Below, piece after piece: positions 9,778 to 18,433 of a DNA stretch of 53,600 nucleotides. Below the pieces are notes generated by a model. The model was not told where the DNA came from and did not search any database. It was given only the letters and a program-made list of their open reading frames with translations. Position numbers and translations under genes: made by a program. Source of the DNA: Candidatus Methanomethylicia archaeon (lineage in GTDB: Archaea > Thermoproteota > Methanomethylicia > Nezhaarchaeales > B40-G2); NCBI GenBank assembly GCA_029259155.1, contig JAPDJI010000019.1:1-53600 (forward strand). Direction: 5' to 3'. Position 1 is the first letter of the stretch. Each line of letters opens with the position of its first letter.

Positions 9778-9900
9778 TGCGGGGGGTGGGATTTGAACCC
9801 ACGATGGCCTTCGCCAACGGATACCCCAGGCCACCTCTTGAGTTTAGGCAGAGCTTCTCGGCTTCTTCCGCCCCCTTGGACCTGGCTCGGGAACCCCCGC
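9778..9900 (-). tRNA. tRNA-Leu(CAA) with two introns: 30/31 (9844-9867, 24 nt) and 37/38 (9823-9836, 14 nt)
   Basis: Removing both inserts restores GCGGA-CT-CAA-GA-TCCGT with a Leu-type long variable arm; both inserts fold as BHB/BHL motifs. Confidence 0.9.
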
Positions 9901-9956
9901 CTATGGTAGACAGCTTAAAGGGTGAGTTTTAAGCTTAGCCTTTTGAGGGGGGTTTT

Positions 9957-10385
9957 ATGGGACGATACTCCTTGATGTCCATGAGTGTAACGAGCTCGCT
10001 TTTGAAGAATGCAGACCTCCTGCTCTACAGCTCATGTATAGAAAGGGAGTACCCTGAGGTTGTCGAGAAACAGTCCATGGACAAGACTGCTCTTCACGTC
10101 TGCCTCCAAGAGCGACACATGGACCCTGTGGGGTTTAAGGTAGCTACCATCATCTATAAGTCACATCCCAGGTCAATAACCGTGCTGACCATGAACGGCT
10201 CTCCGCACTGCGTGCAGCTTCACATGGCAGTTGAACAAGCCAAGCAGCTGACGAACTATGCCGGGGCAGTAAAACATCTAGTGGTTGAGCGTGGAGCTCT
10301 GATTGAGGTAAGCTCAGAGGCCGTGAAGGCGGCTAGACACCTAGCTATGGTGGAAGAGCTGCTTAGGCTCGCGAGGAGGAGTTGA
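9957..10385 (+). CDS. Putative Fe-S binding protein (stand-alone C-terminal-type domain of a ferredoxin-like family)
   Basis: DLLLYSSC, HVCLQE, TMNGSPHCVQL Cys motifs. Confidence 0.6.
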   Translation: MGRYSLMSMSVTSSLLKNADLLLYSSCIEREYPEVVEKQSMDKTALHVCLQERHMDPVGFKVATIIYKSHPRSITVLTMNGSPHCVQLHMAVEQAKQLTNYAGAVKHLVVERGALIEVSSEAVKAARHLAMVEELLRLARRS

Positions 10386-10573
10386 TGTGATTTTCTAAGT
10401 TTTTCAACAGGCTTTAGCATCCAGTACGGGATGTTGCAAAGTACGTGGAAAGCCTTAGTCCTTGAGAGACGATACAGCTTTCATGTTACACATAGAAATC
10501 GTGCTTGACATAACCTCGGTCATGGTTTAATGATAGTGAAACTTATTAAATGCATAAAACTCTCTAACAAAAC

Positions 10574-10670
10574 GCGGCCGTGGTCTAGCCTGGTCTAGGA
10601 CTCGGGCCTTCCACGCCCGCTAAGAGCCTAAAGCTCTCGGGAAACCCGGGTTCAAATCCCGGCGGCCGCA
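10574..10670 (+). tRNA. tRNA-Gly(TCC) with non-canonical intron at about 45/46 (10622-10643, 22 nt)
   Basis: GCGGCCG acceptor, CGGGC-CT-TCC-AC-GCCCG; insert folds CCCG-CT|A-AGAGC-loop-GCTCT-CGGG-AA|A. Confidence 0.92.
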
Positions 10671-10826
10671 TTTTCTTGGCTAGAAAGATGTAGATGCGCG
10701 GAGGCTTTGGCCAGCTACCTTCGAATCAGCTTTTTTCTAAGAAACGTCAACGATCAGCCCTTAACGGTCAAGATGAAGTTAGAGTTACTAAACTTAAACT
10801 GCATGGTCTAAAGTTTCTGTTCAAGC

Positions 10827-11105
10827 CTAGCGATAAATTCTATGTAATCCACGTAAAGGAGGGGAAGCTGCCGCCTTTCTAGGAGGCTTGGGCATGGGAG
10901 AACCAGCAGGTACGATCTCTATCAGCTCAGGCTTCAAGTTAAGAGGCTTCATACATCTAGGGCAGCGGCTCCCATATCTCCTAGAAATCTCCACTAATAT
11001 GGGCGTCCTAGCTGTGAAGGCAGGCTCCTCAGCCTCCACCCTCCTTAAGACGAAGCCGCACCTTGAACAGGCAAAAATTAAAGCCATAATCATCAGCCAA
11101 GTCAA
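10827..11105 (-). CDS. Small Zn-ribbon protein (CxxC...CPxC)
   Basis: FACSRCGFVL...RYGSRCPRCMKPL; similar to the ORF at 52449-52616. Confidence 0.75.
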   Translation of the reverse strand: MTWLMIMALIFACSRCGFVLRRVEAEEPAFTARTPILVEISRRYGSRCPRCMKPLNLKPELIEIVPAGSPMPKPPRKAAASPPLRGLHRIYR

Positions 11106-11303
11106 TTCTTTTCGCAGGAAACCTACTTAACCTAAGCGCCTTGACAAAACGAGGCTTACGCTAAGAATACCCAGCGATTATCAACGAAATACCTAAAGAT
11201 TAAAACTTACATCGACGACCCTCGATGAACTTTACTTAAAACCAGCATCCCGGTAAGATTTAAGAAACCGACAGCACCAACCTACACCACGCCCCGGCCC
11301 GTC

Positions 11304-11396
11304 GCCCCGGTAGTATAGCCATGCGAAGAGCACTAGAACGGTCAAGTATACCGGCCTTTCGAGCCGGCGACCCGGGTTCAAATCCCGGCCGGGGCA
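11304..11396 (+). tRNA. tRNA-Glu(TTC) with D-loop intron (11321-11338, 18 nt)
   Basis: After intron removal it is almost identical to the intronless tRNA-Glu(CTC) at 25529-25603; insert folds ATAG-CC|A-TGC-loop-GCA-CTAG-AA|C. Confidence 0.93.
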
Positions 11397-11454
11397 TCTT
11401 CACATTTTTCATCGTTTTCATTAAATAAGATAGTATTTAAGGGACTTCTTTGTT

Positions 11455-13146
11455 TTACGTCTTTCTTTTGAAGAGTTCACGTATTTTTTGCTGGATCCAC
11501 CATTGAGGCACTTCCCAAGGATTCTTCTCTTTATTTTTATGAAACTCCTCTGTTTCTTCTTCAGTTAGCTTCCCTCCTCTATGGTTCTTGTAAAAGCTAT
11601 ACACCTTCTCAAGTACTGTTGATTTCCAAGTACTTGGAAGCATACCGTAGTAATCGTGGATAAGGTCAACCCATCCTTGCTTCTTTATTTCCATTACCCA
11701 ACGTACCGTAACTTTATCGTCCTTCGTCTTAATTATTCGTTCAGGATGGGGATGAGGTAGAGGAAGCATTTGAGCCACGAAGCCATGTCTTCTATTTAAC
11801 TCCATGAATTCAGCTATTAATATTGAAGGAGGTTTCCGAGCTATTAGCTTTTGGATGGCTCGTTCTTTAATGGTTTTTATGCTATAGGATCCTTCATCTA
11901 GCGTTTCTACGAAGCTCCTTGGAAGAAAAGCTGTTACATCTATGGTTCTTGTAAGAGAAAATTTAGCAGCTAGTATATTTTGCTTGGTCAAGACGAGTGT
12001 GAAGCTACCTTCTTCAGTAAGCGTCGTTTGAAAATAGTATCTCCATAGGTCATCACTTAGAGGTCTAAGATTCATAAATGGTTGTTTAGTGGACTTTGAA
12101 CCGTAAGGTACTCCAATGGCATTTATTAGCCGCCCTGTTAGTGAATCGGCATAGGACACTAGGACTCTAGAAGCTCTAAAGGGACCAGTGTATTTCCCGC
12201 CAAGGTCCTCGACTGCGCGTTTAAAATAGTAATGTAAAACTGGATCTTTATTGTAGTACTCTATTTCTTTAGTTTTCGTCCTCATGTGACCTTCGTTGAT
12301 GATGTGGACGGCGGCCTTAAGGAGGGCAGGGGTGTTGAGGTCAATAGGGTAGTTTGGATTAGCGATTATTTTTCTTCTCTCGAGCTCTATATATGGTATT
12401 TTGAGGTCGTTGCAAAGTCTCCTTAAATTTTGTGTCTCAATGGATCTTAGCCCTCCCTTTTTTAATATATAAATGTAGTAATCATATCTTGTCTTCGGGA
12501 GGCCTAAGGTTCTTACTATGTAGTTCTTCAGGTTAGGTTCTTCCAGCAATTTAAGTCTTTCTATGATAATTTCTTGAAGTTTCTCCATATCTGCTTTCAC
12601 CGTTACCTTGGCTGGTTCCTGCCACCAGTGGTAAAAGCGATTTAAGAGATTGATGAGGTTTAGCTCGCTAAGTCTATCGAGACGTCGTAGGGAGGGGTCA
12701 TTCATGAGGTCCAACAAGGTATTTAGAAAATTCCCCTTCCATCTTGAGTTAATCATGTGAGCTAGTTCAACCTCATCGAGTAATAGATAATTTAATGCAT
12801 CAATTAACGCTCTACTCTCAGTTATTGATATGGCTTTCCCGAGCTCATTGATCTTAGTGATCTCCCCTGTGCGCCAATCTAATCTATATACTGGCTTCCC
12901 TTTGCTTAAGGCGTGTTCTACTTCACTTGCTACGCCAGTCGTTACGAATCCACCAAGATCACTGTAGACCACCACATCACATGAGCTAACTATTTTGAGA
13001 AAATATTCAAGGTCTTCGTGAGGATGACGCAGCGTTGATGGATTTACAATCTCAGCATCAGGGAATTTTTCCTTAATAAGCTCTAGTTCTTTGCGTTCAC
13101 GAACCGTATAGTAGGTTTCTAGTGGATGGGCATAGTATATCTTCAA
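11455..13146 (-). CDS. Fusion protein: nucleoside 2'-deoxyribosyltransferase-like domain + HTH + two LAGLIDADG-like motifs
   Basis: N-terminal KIYYAHP...SCDVVVY...TGVASEVEHALSKGKPVY; LRRLCNDLKIPY HTH-like end; KAAVHIINEGH and YYFQTTLTEEGSF; visibly AT-richer than the flanks. Confidence 0.6.
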   Translation of the reverse strand: MKIYYAHPLETYYTVRERKELELIKEKFPDAEIVNPSTLRHPHEDLEYFLKIVSSCDVVVYSDLGGFVTTGVASEVEHALSKGKPVYRLDWRTGEITKINELGKAISITESRALIDALNYLLLDEVELAHMINSRWKGNFLNTLLDLMNDPSLRRLDRLSELNLINLLNRFYHWWQEPAKVTVKADMEKLQEIIIERLKLLEEPNLKNYIVRTLGLPKTRYDYYIYILKKGGLRSIETQNLRRLCNDLKIPYIELERRKIIANPNYPIDLNTPALLKAAVHIINEGHMRTKTKEIEYYNKDPVLHYYFKRAVEDLGGKYTGPFRASRVLVSYADSLTGRLINAIGVPYGSKSTKQPFMNLRPLSDDLWRYYFQTTLTEEGSFTLVLTKQNILAAKFSLTRTIDVTAFLPRSFVETLDEGSYSIKTIKERAIQKLIARKPPSILIAEFMELNRRHGFVAQMLPLPHPHPERIIKTKDDKVTVRWVMEIKKQGWVDLIHDYYGMLPSTWKSTVLEKVYSFYKNHRGGKLTEEETEEFHKNKEKNPWEVPQWWIQQKIRELFKRKT

Positions 13147-13161
13147 TCATAATGGCCTCTT

Positions 13162-13416
13162 CTATTCCTCCTCTTCCCTAACTATCGTGAACTCAAAATC
13201 ACCATTAACGGGAGTGCTAGAGATCTGAATGAGCCCTCTCTCATACGCTTGACCCCATATTTCCTCTATTTCCTCGTTTGTGTATCCTTTGGCTTCTAGG
13301 TAGGGTTTGAACTCGGATTCAAGGATCCATGTTTTATTGAAGTGCTTGAAGAGCTTGTCTATAATGTCTTTCAGCTCTTCGTCTGTAAATTTTCTTTTGC
13401 TCATGTTTAGGCCCAT
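13162..13416 (-). CDS. Small hypothetical protein, possibly winged-helix (likely start 13404)
   Basis: Clean ORF co-oriented with and 15 nt upstream of the fusion gene; helical then beta-hairpin pattern. Confidence 0.6.
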   Translation of the reverse strand: MGLNMSKRKFTDEELKDIIDKLFKHFNKTWILESEFKPYLEAKGYTNEEIEEIWGQAYERGLIQISSTPVNGDFEFTIVREEEE

Positions 13417-13556
13417 TATTCTATTATTGATTAAGCCTTAAAACCTATGCGCTGTGGCTTGGATCTATGGGTGATCGATGTAGTCGTGGCTCCGAGTTGC
13501 TTTGATGCCGCTGCTTATCGAAGCGTTTTAGTGAAATTGGGTCGAGGTTTTTTCTC

Positions 13557-14190
13557 GTGGAGATTGGTAGGGCTGCGGTATTGGCTCTGGTGTTCATCGC
13601 AGTGGTTGGCGCAGCCATGGCTACGTGGTGGCTTAGGGGTCATTTTACCGTTCATGTCGAAGGAACTTTAGGTCAGGGGCAAGCTCCTCCTAAGCCTATG
13701 TCGAGTGGGGAGGTCTTTGTCGACTGGTCTGACGCTAAGGTCTTCTCTGACTCGGAGGGGTTTTGACTAGGCGAGGGCTCACCGCCCAATAACACCGTTT
13801 CCTCTCTGCGACATATTGAAGGTCTACGTGAAGGAGGACGGCGCCTGGCTGTACTTTAAGTTTGAACTAGCTGAGGAGTTTCCAAAACTACCTTTAGACT
13901 ACGAAGATGAAATGGTAGTAGAAATCACGTGCGTGTTGCTCATCACGTTATGCCATGGTTACCCACTGCTTTGCATAGCCATCTACAACGCTACTACGGG
14001 TGAGAAAATACGTGTACATCCTCCGTTCATGTTTTTATATTGATGACCACTACGCTCCAGCCAAGTGAAGCGAAAACTTCGATTTACGGACTTGTATTCG
14101 ATAAACCTGGTAGCTACGCCGTAGCGGGCTTCGCGTCTTTCAGTTTACAAGAAGATGGAGAAGACATAAGCTTGCTCACAGAATGAGTAG
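13557..14190 (+). pseudogene. Fragmented gene for a secreted/membrane-anchored protein
   Basis: Signal-anchor ORF 13557-13766 ends at TGA; further coding-like fragments (LKVYVKEDGAWLYFKFEL) follow in other frames. Confidence 0.45.
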
Positions 14191-14358
14191 AGATTAAGGT
14201 TCAAGGGCTCAATTGACTTATGGATGTAACTTATCACTGCCTGCACTTTCTATCCTTCTCGTCACTTTCGAAATCTAAGTAGAACACTCGATACTTTAAC
14301 TTTTGATAATTTTGATTACATGGCTTAAGGAGAAGTTTTTTAGTGATGCCGTGAAATA

Positions 14359-14757
14359 TTGAGTGGTGATGAAAAAACGGCCGAGTTAAAGAGGATATAT
14401 AAATGTGATGTTTGCGGAAATATCGTTGAGGTGTTGCACAGCGGTGTCGGTCAACTGGTTTGTTGCGGCCAACCCATGCGCTTAGTGGCAGAGGTAGAGG
14501 AAGGTTCCGCTGCGGAGAAACATGTCCCCATAGTGGACTATGGCGAGAAGATTACGGTTAAAGTGGGAAGCGTACCTCATCCCATGGAAGAGAAGCATTA
14601 CATTGAGTGGATTGCGGTCGAAACAGATGATGCTACATACAGGAAATACTTGCAGCCTGGCGCCAAGCCTGAAGCCCAATTTGAGTTAAAAGCGGATAAA
14701 GTACTTATTAAAGCGTACTGCAACATACATGGTCTATGGGTAAGGGGGAGGCTATAG
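14359..14757 (+). CDS. dfx: Desulfoferrodoxin (class I superoxide reductase); start may be ACG at 14377
   Basis: YKCDVCGN...[33 protein letters not shown]. Confidence 0.95.
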   Translation: MSGDEKTAELKRIYKCDVCGNIVEVLHSGVGQLVCCGQPMRLVAEVEEGSAAEKHVPIVDYGEKITVKVGSVPHPMEEKHYIEWIAVETDDATYRKYLQPGAKPEAQFELKADKVLIKAYCNIHGLWVRGRL

Positions 14758-14759
14758 CT

Positions 14760-15329
14760 ATGGAAACCCTAAAAAACCTAGTTAAGGCTTTCATCGGAGA
14801 GTCCCAAGCTAGAAATCGCTACACCTTCTATGCAAAGAAAGCTAAGGAGGAAGGATACCATCAAATCGCCGAGGTTTTCCTCATGACCGCTGAAAACGAG
14901 AAAGAGCACGCCGAATCTCTCTTTGAGATGATACAGGAGCTTAAAGGTGATGTCAAGGAGATAACTGTAGATGCTACAGCACCTTTAATCATAGGGAACA
15001 CTGTGGAGAATTTGAAGGCTGCCATTGCTGGAGAACACCATGAGAACGCGAAGATGTACCCTGCCTTCGCGGAAGTTGCTGAGAGAGAGGGCTTAGTGAA
15101 GATAGCTAACAGGCTGAGGGCGATAGGTGTAGCTGAAAAACACCATGAGGAGAGGTACACCAAGCTGTTAAAAGAGGTTGAAAACGGTACTGTTTGGAAG
15201 AAGGATAGGGAAGTCTATTGGGTTTGCCTTGAATGTGGATATGTACACTTTGGTAAAGAACCTCCCGGTAAGTGTCCGTCCTGCGGCCACTCAAGAAACT
15301 ACTTCGTAGTGAAATGCGAGGAATATTAG
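14760..15329 (+). CDS. rbr: Rubrerythrin
   Basis: AFIGESQARNRY, ENEKEHA, EKHHEERY, C-terminal CLECGY...CPSC. Confidence 0.95.
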   Translation: METLKNLVKAFIGESQARNRYTFYAKKAKEEGYHQIAEVFLMTAENEKEHAESLFEMIQELKGDVKEITVDATAPLIIGNTVENLKAAIAGEHHENAKMYPAFAEVAEREGLVKIANRLRAIGVAEKHHEERYTKLLKEVENGTVWKKDREVYWVCLECGYVHFGKEPPGKCPSCGHSRNYFVVKCEEY

Positions 15330-15521
15330 GCTATTAAGATGATTGGTCAAAGAGCTCTCTTAAAGATAGGGTTACACGCAGGAAATGGAAGAATTCATCC
15401 TTTCATTATGTTATTAAGAAGATGAAGTAGGTTAAAAGAGTGGAGTTTCTAAGCTCACCGCTCATGTTCCTAAATGAAAATCCTTATACAGCTCGTCGGA
15501 CAACATAAGGTTTTGATGGAC

Positions 15522-15683
15522 ATGGCTAATTGGAGATGTAAGATCTGTGGCTACCTATTTGACGAAGAGGAAGGCCACCCTTCTCAGAATATTCCTCCAG
15601 GGACTCGTCTTGAAGAGCTACCTGAAGACTGGGTTTGTCCAATCTGTGGAGTTTCGAAAAGTGAGTTTGAGAGGGAAGAGTGA
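15522..15683 (+). CDS. Rubredoxin
   Basis: WRCKICGYLFDEEEG...IPPGT..EELPEDWVCPICG. Confidence 0.95.
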   Translation: MANWRCKICGYLFDEEEGHPSQNIPPGTRLEELPEDWVCPICGVSKSEFEREE

Positions 15684-16894
15684 TGCCAGCTGTAAAGTTG
15701 GCTAAGGATGTCTACTGGGTTGGAGCTGTGGACTGGACGCTAAGAGATTTTCATGGATATACGACTTCGAGGGGTACTACCTACAACGCCTACCTCATAA
15801 TTGATGAGAGGCCTACGCTAATCGACGTGGTTAAGCGTGGCTTTTTCGACGAGCTGGTTTTTAATATCGAGGAAGTCATACCTTTACGGGAGCTTAAATA
15901 CGTAGTTCTCAACCACATGGAGCCTGACCATACAGGAGTATTGACCCAGATGCTTAAGGAAGCTCCTCAAGCTGAGCTAGTAGCTAGTCAACGCTGTGAA
16001 CCTGCTTTATCGAAGTATCATAAGCTCGATCGCCAAGCCTTAAAAGTTAAGACAGGAGATGAGCTTCTCCTCGGCAGTAGGAAGCTACGTTTCATTGAGG
16101 TCCCTATGCTGCATTGGCCAGACTCGATGATGACGTACCTTGTTGATGAAGACATTCTCTTTAGTAGCGATGCTTTTGGACAACACTTAGCCACGGCGAC
16201 GAGGTTCGATGATCAATGCGATCTAGAAGTGTTGATGTATGAAGCTGCAAAGTACTACGCTAACATAATTCTGCCCTACAGCTCCTTAGTCTTGAACAAG
16301 CTCAACGAGCTTGAGAAGCTTCAGCTCAATATTAAGCTCCTGGCTCCAGGCCACGGTGTTATTTGGCGCGCACACATAACAGATATCGTCGAATCCTATA
16401 AGTACTGGGCATCTGCTTCTTCGACGAATAAAGTTGTGATTGTCTACGATACCATGTGGGGAAGCACTGAGCAAATGGCGAAGGCAGTGATGGAAGGAGT
16501 TGCGAACGAGGGTGTGGAGGTGCAGCTTTACCATTTAAGGAAGAGCGAATGGAGCCATATCATCAAGGAGCTCATGGATGCTAAGGCTCTCCTCGTTGGG
16601 ACACCTACTCTCAACAACACGACGTTTCCTACGGTTGCCGGTTTTCTAAACCATGTGAGAGGCCTCTTTACAAGGTACCTTAAGAGAGTAGGGGTGGAGA
16701 AGAAAAGATTTGCATTGGCCTTCGGCTCCTATGGTTGGAGCGGTGAAGCTGTTAAGGAGGTTGGTAAACAGCTCGAGGAAATGGGCTTTGAGGTACTTCC
16801 GCCGCTATCCATACAGTATCTCCCTTCAAGGGAAGAGATTAGATCGTTAGTGGAGTTTGGGAGAAAGGTGGCTGAAAAGGTCAAAGCAGCTTAG
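15680..16894 (+). CDS. fprA: Flavodiiron protein (FprA/NorV family)
   Basis: GTTYNAYLI, NHMEPDH, HWPDSM, SSDAFGQH, APGHG, flavodoxin YDTMWGST and FGSYGWSGEA. Confidence 0.95.
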   Translation: MMPAVKLAKDVYWVGAVDWTLRDFHGYTTSRGTTYNAYLIIDERPTLIDVVKRGFFDELVFNIEEVIPLRELKYVVLNHMEPDHTGVLTQMLKEAPQAELVASQRCEPALSKYHKLDRQALKVKTGDELLLGSRKLRFIEVPMLHWPDSMMTYLVDEDILFSSDAFGQHLATATRFDDQCDLEVLMYEAAKYYANIILPYSSLVLNKLNELEKLQLNIKLLAPGHGVIWRAHITDIVESYKYWASASSTNKVVIVYDTMWGSTEQMAKAVMEGVANEGVEVQLYHLRKSEWSHIIKELMDAKALLVGTPTLNNTTFPTVAGFLNHVRGLFTRYLKRVGVEKKRFALAFGSYGWSGEAVKEVGKQLEEMGFEVLPPLSIQYLPSREEIRSLVEFGRKVAEKVKAA

Positions 16895-16971
16895 CTTGGA
16901 GGTCACATTAACATTTTTTTGTTAAGCCCAACCCACGTCAGCTTCTTTATGCTTGACAGTTGAGTATGAGG

Positions 16972-17394
16972 TCAACGAGTAGTCCACGGTTTATACAGCC
17001 AGATGAAAGCTAACATGGCGAGTGCTATGATTACACCCGCGATGATCAAGTGGGATCCGTGAGGTCCTGCGCCGAAAGCTATGGGGAAGGGACCTATGAA
17101 GACTATGAAGCCTCCGCTTCCCTGTATCCCTGCTTGCTCTAGGAGCAGCGGTACCATTAGCATTACTATCATCCCTAGGAATATCATGGCCAGCCCGGCG
17201 ATGAACAAGACTTTAGGGAGCATGGACGTGGCTGAAGGTGTAAAAGCTCCGTATTCCACTCTCTTATGTAGAGGTTCGTAGCATAGTTTACAGAGCCAAG
17301 AGTAAGGCTCGAAACAGTCAGGACATACACGTCTAGAGCAACGTCTACAAACGTAGGCTGCTTCCCTTTCACCGCAGACCTCGCAGCGAGCCAT
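16972..17394 (-). CDS. Zn-finger + DUF131-like membrane protein
   Basis: CEVC..CRRC..CPDC..CKLC N-terminus; GGFIVFIGPFPIAFG motif between TM helices. Confidence 0.7.
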   Translation of the reverse strand: MARCEVCGEREAAYVCRRCSRRVCPDCFEPYSWLCKLCYEPLHKRVEYGAFTPSATSMLPKVLFIAGLAMIFLGMIVMLMVPLLLEQAGIQGSGGFIVFIGPFPIAFGAGPHGSHLIIAGVIIALAMLAFIWLYKPWTTR

Positions 17395-17466
17395 GCAAAC
17401 TTAAAGGAAGGCTTAGCTAGAGAAAAACCTAGTGGCCCTTAAAGCCATGTAACATGGAGGTCAAGG

Positions 17467-18192
17467 TTGCTAGGCTGGATAATACCGCCTCCGAAGCCTA
17501 GGGTCACGAAGAGCTCTGAAGAGTTTAGGGCTGAGCGTGAAGCCATGGTCAGGAGGCTTGAAGGAGAAGGCTTTCTTCGGTCTCCTAGGCTCAAGGAAGC
17601 CATGCTAAAGGTACCTAGGGAGCTCTTCATTCCTGAGCCCTATGCCGACTACGCCTACGAAGAAGTACCTCTACCTCTGCCTGGCGACGGCTGTAATCAG
17701 ACGATCTCCTGCCCGCACAGCTATCCTCTTTTCTATGAAGCTTTGGAGCTATCACCTGGCGACCGCTTCCTAGAGATTGGGGCGGGCTCTGGATATGGAG
17801 CTGCTTTAGCTAGAGAAGTGGTTGGTGAACAAGGCTTAGTGATTACCGTTGAGATAAACCCTAACACCTACAGGTTTGCGAGATCGAACCTAGAGAAGCT
17901 AGGTTACCGTGATGTGATTACCATCCTAGGCGACGGTTCACTGGGGTATCCTCCACTGGCACCATACAATAAGATATGCGTAACCGCCACGTGCCCCACC
18001 ATACCTCCACCATTAATAGACCAATTAGCCTTAAGCGGCAAGCTGATCGCACCTGTTGGTAGTCCACATAGCGTTCAAGCCCTTATATTGCTAAGTAAGC
18101 TTCCTTCGGGTGAGGTAAAGAAGGCTAAGGTGGATGAGGTGCTTTATGTTCCATTAAAGGGGAAGTATGGATGGAGGCTAGGCTCAATATAA
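17467..18192 (+). CDS. pcm: Protein-L-isoaspartate O-methyltransferase
   Basis: VPRELF, QTISCPH, LEIGAGSGY, GDGSLGYPPLAPYNKI. Confidence 0.93.
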   Translation: MLGWIIPPPKPRVTKSSEEFRAEREAMVRRLEGEGFLRSPRLKEAMLKVPRELFIPEPYADYAYEEVPLPLPGDGCNQTISCPHSYPLFYEALELSPGDRFLEIGAGSGYGAALAREVVGEQGLVITVEINPNTYRFARSNLEKLGYRDVITILGDGSLGYPPLAPYNKICVTATCPTIPPPLIDQLALSGKLIAPVGSPHSVQALILLSKLPSGEVKKAKVDEVLYVPLKGKYGWRLGSI

Positions 18193-18433
18193 GGCTGGAA
18201 GAGAGGTTTTGTTAGCTTCGTGTTAATCATGCTTGTGGAGGGGGATAGGCTTTTCTTTGCGGTCGATGATAAAACCGCATTAATTAATGGGAAAACATGT
18301 TTCTCCTAACAACTTGATGACAATAAAGCAGCGCTCCAGGGACATTTTGGACATTTTCTGTTATGGGCGTAGATTCTAGCGACAAACTTAGCTTTTAAAG
18401 CAGCTTATACCTGGACACTTAAAGGGAGATCGA

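Noticed and set aside
9709-9909. 66-aa ORF on + strand
   Set aside because: Antisense to the two-intron tRNA-Leu(CAA); spurious
10620-10644. Apparent long variable arm on tRNA-Gly (possible recoding tRNA)
   Set aside because: Folds as a clean bulge-helix-bulge intron; removal gives a normal 4-nt variable loop
14305-14320. TAAT-N4-ATTA palindrome upstream of the oxidative-stress cluster (Fur/PerR-like)
   Set aside because: Short, AT-rich and single copy; not distinguishable from chance
11397-14350. att direct repeat or integrase bounding the islet after tRNA-Glu(TTC)
   Set aside because: No copy of the tRNA 3' end and no integrase motif found by eye, so not called a mobile element
14359-16894. 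SOR-rubrerythrin-rubredoxin-FprA cluster as a novelty
   Set aside because: Standard oxygen-detoxification cluster of anaerobes
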